This document shows positions 8,174 through 13,924 of a DNA stretch of 13,924 bases, one piece after another. Source of the DNA: Archangiaceae bacterium (GTDB taxonomy: Bacteria; Myxococcota; Myxococcia; Myxococcales; Myxococcaceae). Within the stretch, counting starts at the first letter, position 1. Every line of letters begins with the position of its first letter. Below the pieces are notes generated by a model. That model saw only the letters and a list, made by a program, of their open reading frames with translations, made no database searches and was not told where the DNA came from. The DNA lies in the NCBI GenBank assembly GCA_043750125.1, contig JAYVCD010000311.1, forward strand, positions 1 through 13,924, read 5' to 3'. The position numbers and the translations under genes are program-made.

Positions 8174-8198
8174 GTCACAGCCAGACTCACCCCGCCTA
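8174..8198 (+). promoter_or_regulatory. Putative autoregulatory ECF promoter (GTCACA-N14-GCCTA)
   Basis: GTCACA at 8174-8179 and GCCTA at 8194-8198, 12 nt before the sigma GTG. 15 of 25 positions are identical to 421-445. Confidence 0.55.
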
Positions 8199-8210
8199 TA
8201 GGCAGGGGCA

Positions 8211-8741
8211 GTGCCGACCTTCGATTCCCAGGCCGTCAATCAGGCGTTGCGCCGGCTCCAGAAAGGAGATCGCTCAGTTGCGCAGCTCGTCTTCTCATCC
8301 CTCTGGCCAATCGTTGCTTCGTTCTGTCGCAGCGCCCTGGGAGACGCCTCGCAGGATGCGGCGCAAGAGACGCTGCTGAAAATGTTTCAGCAGGCACACC
8401 GATTCCGGGCGGGCGCAGACGCCGTCGCGTGGGCCCTGGAGATTGCGACCTGGGAATGTCGAACCGAGCTGCGCCGTCAGGGGCGTGAGCGGGCTGCCCC
8501 GCTGTCGGACGCAGGGCAAATCGAAGCCGGCCCCGATGTGGTTGGCCTGCTCGAGAAGGAACAGCTTGCTGGCGCTGTCAGACAAAGCATCGCGCACCTC
8601 GCTCCCGACGATCAGGCGCTGGTGACCTCTGTCCTCGACGAGACGTTTCCTGCTGGGTCAGGGGCGGCAGCACGCAAACGCAAAGAGCGGGCACTGACCC
8701 GGTTCAAGCAGGCATGGAGGTCGTCGTATGGATTTGATTGA
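8211..8741 (+). CDS. ECF-type RNA polymerase sigma-70 factor
   Basis: Region 2 motifs GDRS..QLV, DAAQETLLKMF and AWALEIATWECRTELRR. Shortened region 4: IAHLAPDDQAL...RKRKERALTRFK. 176 aa. Confidence 0.88.
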   Translation: MPTFDSQAVNQALRRLQKGDRSVAQLVFSSLWPIVASFCRSALGDASQDAAQETLLKMFQQAHRFRAGADAVAWALEIATWECRTELRRQGRERAAPLSDAGQIEAGPDVVGLLEKEQLAGAVRQSIAHLAPDDQALVTSVLDETFPAGSGAAARKRKERALTRFKQAWRSSYGFD

Positions 8742-9267
8742 ACAGCAGCTGTTGACGCAGGCGATGGCGGGCTACGAACGCTCGAGACTCAAGAATGCAG
8801 TCTTGGCAGCGTTACCCGGCTTGTTGTTGCCTTTGATTGCTTTCGCCGTGGGCGGAAGGTTGATGGCTTCTGTCACGCTGGGGCTGGCTGTTCTGGCCTC
8901 GGTGGTGTGGCTTGCGTGGCGAGGCCAGGCTTGGGGAAGGTCGGTACCGGGGGGCCTCGCCGCAGGTGTGTTTCCACTGGGTCTGGCGCTGGCCGCTCAA
9001 CACATCGGTCACGTCTGCACCCCTCAAGGGTGCACTTCCTTGTGCGTGCCGATGTGCGCTGCCGGAGGCGTCATCGCCGGGGCGGTGGTTTCTGCCTTTG
9101 CGCGTCTGTCACCTTCGCCGCGGATCACGCTCGGGTTCGGAGCGGCGCTTAGCCTCGCCGTCGGGGCGATGGGCTGCTCGTGCGTCGGCTCTGCCGGAAT
9201 GCTCGGAATGGCCGCGGGACTGAGCGCCAGCACCGGGCTGGCGTTGGTCATTCAAAAAATCAGGTGA
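8728..9267 (+). CDS. Cys-rich integral membrane protein, putative anti-sigma factor
   Basis: Overlaps the sigma stop by 14 nt; about 5-6 hydrophobic helices; HIGHVCTPQGCTSLCVPMC and MGCSC motifs. The anti-sigma role is inferred from position. Confidence 0.75.
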   Translation: MDLIEQQLLTQAMAGYERSRLKNAVLAALPGLLLPLIAFAVGGRLMASVTLGLAVLASVVWLAWRGQAWGRSVPGGLAAGVFPLGLALAAQHIGHVCTPQGCTSLCVPMCAAGGVIAGAVVSAFARLSPSPRITLGFGAALSLAVGAMGCSCVGSAGMLGMAAGLSASTGLALVIQKIR

Positions 9268-9294
9268 TTGAGGAACAGACCTGGCTGTGTGGCC

Positions 9295-10230
9295 TCATTT
9301 CACCGCCCCGGGCTGGCCTTCCGTTTTGGTCCCCTTCGACAATGCGTCGAGCAACGCATCAACCAGGTCGAAGTAGCTCTTGATCGAAGGGTTCGCGCCT
9401 ACGTCTGAAGGCACCAAGACCACCTTGGCGCCCGCTTTCTCAGCCACGGTGTCTGCAATGGCTCGATTGAAGAACGATTCGACGACGATCAACGGCACCT
9501 TGTTGGCGCGCATCATCACAATCAATTGGGCGAGATGATCCGGCGAGGGGGGGATTCCTGGCTTGTTTTCGAGGTAACCCTGCTCATCCAGCTTGAGCCA
9601 CTTCGAAACGTAGCTCCAGCTCTTGTGGTAGGTGACAATTTTGGCCCCCGCCAAAGGCCTGGCCAGGGTGTTCCAACCCACCGCCTTCGCCTTCAGGTCA
9701 GTGACAAACTGGTTGAACCGGCCTTCGAAATAGTCGTGGTCCGCAGGCCGCAACTGCCCGAGGCGCTCGGTGATCCCCTTGGCGATTCGCACCGCATTGA
9801 CTGGAGGAATCCAATAGTGGGGGTTGCCCGACGGGTGGATGTCTCCTTGACCTCGATCGACCTTGGTTGCAGGCACATCGAGCAACTCGATCAACGTAGA
9901 GCTGTCGAGGTTGCCACGTTGCCCAGTGAGAATTCGGTCATTGCGTGATCCGAGCACCAACGGTGGCAACCAGCCGATCTCCAATTCGACGCCGACATGA
10001 ATCAAGAGGTCGGCCCGATTCAGGATCAACATCAGGTTCGGCTTCGGCTCGACGAAATGCGGGTCCTGATAGCCGTGCGAAAGACTTTGAACCTCGACCT
10101 TGTCGCCACCGACCATCCGGGCCAGGTCGGCAAACGTCTCGATGCTGGTAACAACTTTCAACTTTTCTTCTGCGCTGGCCGGCACCGAAGCACCGAGCAG
10201 GCAGAACAGGGGAAGAAGAAGACGCGTCAT
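9295..10230 (-). CDS. ZnuA/TroA-family (cluster A-I) metal ABC substrate-binding protein
   Basis: ATG 10230 with AAGGA RBS; signal peptide ending ASA; KVVTS, QDPHF, GDIHPSGNPHYW, YHKSWSY and KPGIPPSPDHL motifs. Confidence 0.93.
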   Translation of the reverse strand: MTRLLLPLFCLLGASVPASAEEKLKVVTSIETFADLARMVGGDKVEVQSLSHGYQDPHFVEPKPNLMLILNRADLLIHVGVELEIGWLPPLVLGSRNDRILTGQRGNLDSSTLIELLDVPATKVDRGQGDIHPSGNPHYWIPPVNAVRIAKGITERLGQLRPADHDYFEGRFNQFVTDLKAKAVGWNTLARPLAGAKIVTYHKSWSYVSKWLKLDEQGYLENKPGIPPSPDHLAQLIVMMRANKVPLIVVESFFNRAIADTVAEKAGAKVVLVPSDVGANPSIKSYFDLVDALLDALSKGTKTEGQPGAVK

Positions 10231-10277
10231 GGGAATAATCCTTCGCAAATTGTGAGCTTCGAGACCGATGGCAGTGA

Positions 10278-11552
10278 TCAAAACGGATGCGCCCCATGTG
10301 CGCCGATGGCGATTTGCAGCTGCAAGTAGCCCGCCCAGTTGGGCCGGCCCAACAGGAAAAATTGGGTCGGCGATGGCTGGGTTTCGCGCTCGACTTCCAG
10401 GCGAAGCTGAGCGAACTCACTCGCAATGAATGTCAGGCTCCCGGCGGTTCGCGACACGCGGGTCTGGAGCTCCGAGAATGGAAGGCCCAGCAGATCCTGC
10501 CGAAGCCCGACGAACCAGTTGCGGCCAATCTGTGCCACCAGCTGGGTGTAGCCCGCCCCGTCGATGGCTGTCTCTTCGGAATTGTTTCTACTCAATACTT
10601 CCCGGAAGAAAAATTCGGTGGTCCAGGTGAGGCTGAAATAGCTGCCTACGTCGTTGGCCGGTTTGTACTTCACGTAAAGGTCAAAGCCTTGAAGCAGCGT
10701 GCGCGAACCGACCCGCACGAGTCCGGTTTCTGAGCTCACTCCCGCCGTCTTGCCAAATGCCGCGTTCAAGCCGGCCGAGATGCTCACCGATTCTGCGAGA
10801 GGGAAGAACGTCGACAGCTTCCCGGTGTACGTCAAGTCTGTCCGCTCGCCGCCTCCAAACGACGACAGGTGCTCGAGCCCCCCGGGGGGGCCCACGCTGA
10901 TGGCTTCGGCGCTGAGCTGAAGAAAGACCGGCGTGGGCGCGAGCCACGAGACCTGCACTGCCGGCGAACGAAGGCCATCCACCCCCAGGAAGGCTTCGTT
11001 CAACAACGGCCGCCGAACGAAATTCTGAACGTGGGTGTGCTGGCCATTGAGGCGCCCGATGTTCGATCTGAAAATCCCCGCCCTGACCTGCAGATCAAAC
11101 GGCAACGACGTGCTCGTCGCGAAGGCCTCTTCGACCTCGACGCCTTCAAGGTTGGGAACCGTGAAGAACACGTCGGCTCGGAAAAACGGGTCGACGATGG
11201 CCTGGAAGGCGAACTCGACCTCTTGAACCGTGACCCCGGCGGGGTGCTCGATGGCCCCTCCTTTGAGATCCGGGTCTGCTCCGCCTCGGCTGTAGCTGGT
11301 CGTTCCTGCGGCCCCGGCTACCGAATCGACGATGACCGAAATGTCAGGGTTCAAACTTTGAAACGCGCGCACCAAAGGGTTGGTGGTCACTTGCGGCCCG
11401 GCGGTGGTCGCGCCGCGCCCGGCAGCGGCGTCGATCGCGTTGTCCAGCTCGCTTTGCTCGACGATTCCAGCGTCGGTTGTTCCGCCATCGAGCTCCTGTG
11501 CCGAGGCTCCGGCGCCCAGGACCAACACCACTGCCATCCAAGAAGAGTTCAT
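10278..11552 (-). CDS. Outer-membrane beta-barrel metal-uptake protein (family ending GAHGAHxF, commonly beside ZnuA-like genes)
   Basis: Signal peptide, NPDISV, QEVE..FQAIVDPFF, EEAF, LNGQHTH, amphipathic strands and C-terminal IGAHGAHPF ending in Phe. Directly upstream of the SBP gene. Confidence 0.8.
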   Translation of the reverse strand: MNSSWMAVVLVLGAGASAQELDGGTTDAGIVEQSELDNAIDAAAGRGATTAGPQVTTNPLVRAFQSLNPDISVIVDSVAGAAGTTSYSRGGADPDLKGGAIEHPAGVTVQEVEFAFQAIVDPFFRADVFFTVPNLEGVEVEEAFATSTSLPFDLQVRAGIFRSNIGRLNGQHTHVQNFVRRPLLNEAFLGVDGLRSPAVQVSWLAPTPVFLQLSAEAISVGPPGGLEHLSSFGGGERTDLTYTGKLSTFFPLAESVSISAGLNAAFGKTAGVSSETGLVRVGSRTLLQGFDLYVKYKPANDVGSYFSLTWTTEFFFREVLSRNNSEETAIDGAGYTQLVAQIGRNWFVGLRQDLLGLPFSELQTRVSRTAGSLTFIASEFAQLRLEVERETQPSPTQFFLLGRPNWAGYLQLQIAIGAHGAHPF

Positions 11553-11739
11553 TTGTTGTTCTCAGTTCTACGAGTCGTGTGAGGCCAGCCGACGCGAGGA
11601 CGACCGCGCTGCGCAGGCGAAGAGTTCCGTCAGGTGTGATGTTTCCAAACAGCAGTGGGTGGGCTTGTGGGAATGGAACGAAGCAACCCAGTCATCCGGG
11701 TGGGCAGCGATCACGATCCGACAAGAAAACGGCTGGCGA

Positions 11740-12144
11740 CTACGCGGGTGGAGAACCCTTCGGAGCGAGCAACAACAACGCAACCCCGGTTCGCGCAGCC
11801 CTCCCGGGCGGGACTCCAGCGACGACGAGGCGGTTTGAACAGACCTCGAAGGTCTGCACCGCGAGGTGACTTAGAAAGTCATTTCGTCGCGAAGCAACCA
11901 GCAGGCAATGATCGTGATCGTGGTTCGCCGGAACCTGTGCCTGGCGAACCTCGGGCCGCGCACCGGGCGTCAGCGCCAGGATCTGGGCGTCTTCGACGTG
12001 AATGAGCTCGCCGTGCTCGGGGCAAGTGACGTGTTGCACCGCCACCAGGTGCGCGAACAATGACAACTGGCCGGCCACGAGAAGAATCGAAAGCGCGAAC
12101 GAGGGCGCGGCCCGACGATGCAATGGCTGGCACGTGCGCGACAT
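11740..12144 (-). CDS. Small His/Cys-rich protein with N-terminal hydrophobic segment and C-terminal APKGSPPA; candidate metal-sensing leader (DUF2946/CruR-like)
   Basis: 134 aa; hydrophobic FALSILLVAGQLSLFAH; HVTCPEHGELIH; HDHDHC; ends LLLLAPKGSPPA-stop. Lies 187 nt upstream of the metal-uptake genes on the same strand. Confidence 0.75.
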   Translation of the reverse strand: MSRTCQPLHRRAAPSFALSILLVAGQLSLFAHLVAVQHVTCPEHGELIHVEDAQILALTPGARPEVRQAQVPANHDHDHCLLVASRRNDFLSHLAVQTFEVCSNRLVVAGVPPGRAARTGVALLLLAPKGSPPA

Positions 12145-12155
12145 CTTCGGAAACG

Positions 12156-12185
12156 AGCCTCGCCGCGCCCCGGTACCGGGGTCAA
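12156..12185 (-). promoter_or_regulatory. Putative sigma70-type promoter (TTGACC-N18-GAGGCT) with overlapping 14-bp palindrome CCCCGGTACCGGGG
   Basis: On the minus strand TTGACC is at 12185-12180 and a weak -10 (GAGGCT) at 12161-12156. The palindrome spans 12168-12181 and the ATG is at 12144. Confidence 0.4.
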
Positions 12186-12314
12186 GGGGTAGATGTTGAT
12201 CTTCGATCTTCGCTCCAAACTGCCACGCTCACCCTCGGCCGCACAGAGAGCGTTCATTCTTTGTTTGAGCGTTACCGCCACAGCGATTGTACGGTCGTGG
12301 GGAAAGGAACTGGC

Positions 12315-13217
12315 ATGGATACCAAGCGAAGGGCCAAAGCATTGCTGAAGGGCTTGGTTCCTCCGGTCGCGTGGGAAGTGTTGCGACAGGCGATGCAGAC
12401 CCTCGCCCCGTCCGAAACGGGGTGGTTTGTCGCCGAACGCGGGGTGGGCGAATTTTCGAAGTCCGTGACCGGTTGGAATGAGCACGAGCTGGCCAGGATC
12501 TACGAGCGTCGGTGGCCTCTCTTCGAACAAGTCCTCTCAACTCCGGTGCCCCCGGCCTTCGCTTCCGAGGCCGACTCGCCGGTCTTTGATCCAGACAGCG
12601 ACGTTGTCTCGGCCCAGAGTCTGTTTCGTCAGAACTCGGTGTTGGCTTTGATTTTCGCGGTGGCCCACGCCAGCAGGCAGCGCACAATGCTCTCCGTGCT
12701 CGACTGGGGAGGAGGCGTCGGCCACCAGTACGGTCTGCTGCGTACGCTGCTTCCAGATCTGAAGCTCGACTACACCTGCTTTGATCTGCCCGTTTCGGTG
12801 GACTTCGGTTCGAAGCGGTTTCCCGAAATTCGTTTTACGTCGGACTTTGGGTGCCTCGACCACCGATACGACCTGGTGGTGGCCAACGGCTCACTTCACT
12901 GTTTCGAGCATTGGCAAAAGGTGGCGGACCAACTGGCCACTGCGGCCAATGACTTCGTGTTCATCAGCATGCTTCCCGTCAGGCTCGAGGGTCCTTCGAT
13001 CGTGATGATCCAGCGCTACCTGAAGCCCGATGGTAAGTCTTATTCCGAGCCCGAGTGGTTCATCTCGCGCGACGAGCTGCTGTTGCGGTTTCCCCAAGAC
13101 AGTTGGGAGCTGAAGCGCGAGGTGATTTGCGGATTTTCACCCGTGGTCCAGGGCTTCGACGCGCGGGTGGACTACCGCGGGTTTTTGTTCGGTCGCAGGG
13201 CGCGGCTGGGCACCTGA
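12315..13217 (+). CDS. Class I SAM-dependent methyltransferase-like protein (resembles the TIGR04325 type)
   Basis: ATG 12315 with AAAGGA RBS; motif I VLDWGGGVG, YTCFDLP and YDLVVANGSLH. Confidence 0.8.
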   Translation: MDTKRRAKALLKGLVPPVAWEVLRQAMQTLAPSETGWFVAERGVGEFSKSVTGWNEHELARIYERRWPLFEQVLSTPVPPAFASEADSPVFDPDSDVVSAQSLFRQNSVLALIFAVAHASRQRTMLSVLDWGGGVGHQYGLLRTLLPDLKLDYTCFDLPVSVDFGSKRFPEIRFTSDFGCLDHRYDLVVANGSLHCFEHWQKVADQLATAANDFVFISMLPVRLEGPSIVMIQRYLKPDGKSYSEPEWFISRDELLLRFPQDSWELKREVICGFSPVVQGFDARVDYRGFLFGRRARLGT

Positions 13218-13284
13218 ACCGGCGCGTCGGCATTGGCCTCGACAGACCGCGAATGCTTTCGGGGGGCGTGTTATCGCCAATCAG

Positions 13285-13914
13285 ATGGCACCTCGATTGC
13301 GCGGGTTGGTTTTGGGCGTCGCCTGCCTCGCTGTCGGATTCGCTGCAGGTCGACTTTCACCGGCCTTCACGGTTCCCGCGCCCGACTCTCCACCCAGGGC
13401 GATCGCTCCTTGCCCACAACCCGCACCAGAGGTGCAGGGCCCGCCCCCCCGCCTGGCTGGAGAGCCCGTTCGAACCGTGGCTGCGCCGATCGTCGTCGAT
13501 CCCCACGACGCGACGGCTTGCCCTGCGCTCGCAACCGCAGTGTCGACGTGCGCGCGCCAGCTCGACAGCTCTCAGCTCGAGCTCAAACACCGCGACGAAT
13601 TGCGCACCGTCCGCGAAGGCACGCCCGTCCCGCCCCCGACCTCTGCCCCTCCACCACGGTTCACGCCGAAGACAATTCGGGACGCGGTGGCTCTGGCGTT
13701 TACCCAGTCGAAAGTTCCCGGTGGTGTTCAGGGCATCGACTGCGCCGAGTACCCCTGCATCATTTTCGGAAGAATTCGCGGGGCGGAAGATCAGATGGAA
13801 AAGCTCGAGGAAGCGGGCGCGCTCGCAGCTGATCCGGCCGCTCTGAAACTGATCCACCTGGGCGGCGTGAAACTGATCCACCCCAAGTTGAACAATCAGA
13901 CTACCGCTTCTTGA
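13285..13914 (+). CDS. Hypothetical exported/membrane-anchored protein, probably 3'-truncated by an IS insertion at about 13830
   Basis: N-terminal hydrophobic segment, Pro-rich linkers and DCAEYPC. The last ~28 codons (DPAALKLIHLGGVKLIHP...) read through IS-end repeats. Confidence 0.7.
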   Translation: MAPRLRGLVLGVACLAVGFAAGRLSPAFTVPAPDSPPRAIAPCPQPAPEVQGPPPRLAGEPVRTVAAPIVVDPHDATACPALATAVSTCARQLDSSQLELKHRDELRTVREGTPVPPPTSAPPPRFTPKTIRDAVALAFTQSKVPGGVQGIDCAEYPCIIFGRIRGAEDQMEKLEEAGALAADPAALKLIHLGGVKLIHPKLNNQTTAS

Positions 13915-13924
13915 GTTCTTGTCC
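13830..13924. mobile_element. Terminus of an IS21-family insertion sequence (partial, runs off the right edge)
   Basis: Starts 5'-TG at 13830. Two perfect 15-bp direct repeats TGAAACTGATCCACC at 13844-13858 and 13868-13882 (24-bp period), typical of IS21-family multiple terminal repeats. No transposase in the window. Confidence 0.72.

Noticed and set aside
8211-8741. Sigma factor as a CorE orthologue
   Set aside because: It has no C-terminal Cys-rich domain and no CxC motif.
9268-9294. Bidirectional intrinsic terminator between the convergent genes
   Set aside because: Only a 4-bp stem and no U-tract.
10878-10890. C6G7 homopolymer run in the OM protein gene as a phase-variation site
   Set aside because: The runs are short for GC-rich DNA, the frame is intact (encodes GPPGG), and there is no evidence of variation.
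12156-12185. CueR/ZntR (MerR-family) operator
   Set aside because: The palindrome is shorter and centred too close to the -35, the best spacer is 18 rather than 19-20 bp, and there is no MerR gene in the window.
13055-13846. Alternative-frame ORFs 13055-13846 and 13233-13832
   Set aside because: They are Arg/Ser-rich frame shadows of the 13285 gene.
13844-13882. Two 15-bp direct repeats as a CRISPR or iteron array
   Set aside because: Only a 9-nt gap and two copies; they fit IS21-family terminal repeats better.

Overview
GC-rich bacterial DNA, most likely Myxococcota (inferred from Cys-/Gly-rich and 'DAG'-repeat lipoproteins). The window is a metal-homeostasis island. On the + strand (~454-8134) is a tightly coupled copper-resistance-type cluster: heavy-metal-binding lipoprotein, TolC-family lipoprotein, monoheme cytochrome c, His-rich DUF5666-like protein, Tat-exported two-domain multicopper oxidase, BNR/Asp-box-TlpA fusion, DAG-repeat FN3-like lipoprotein and a second SLAC-like oxidase. 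It is followed by an ECF sigma factor and a Cys-rich membrane protein (candidate anti-sigma). A shared GTCACA-N14-GCCTA motif lies upstream of both the copper cluster and the sigma gene. Converging on the - strand is a metal-uptake unit (outer-membrane protein ending GAHGAHPF plus a ZnuA-family binding protein). It is preceded by a His/Cys-rich small ORF ending APKGSPPA, a candidate metal-sensing arrest/leader peptide analogous to CruR/DUF2946. The window begins with the 5' end of a minus-strand lipoprotein gene that the ORF track missed. It ends with a SAM-methyltransferase-like gene and a gene apparently cut by the end of an IS21-family element. All family calls come from motif recognition; no database searches were run.
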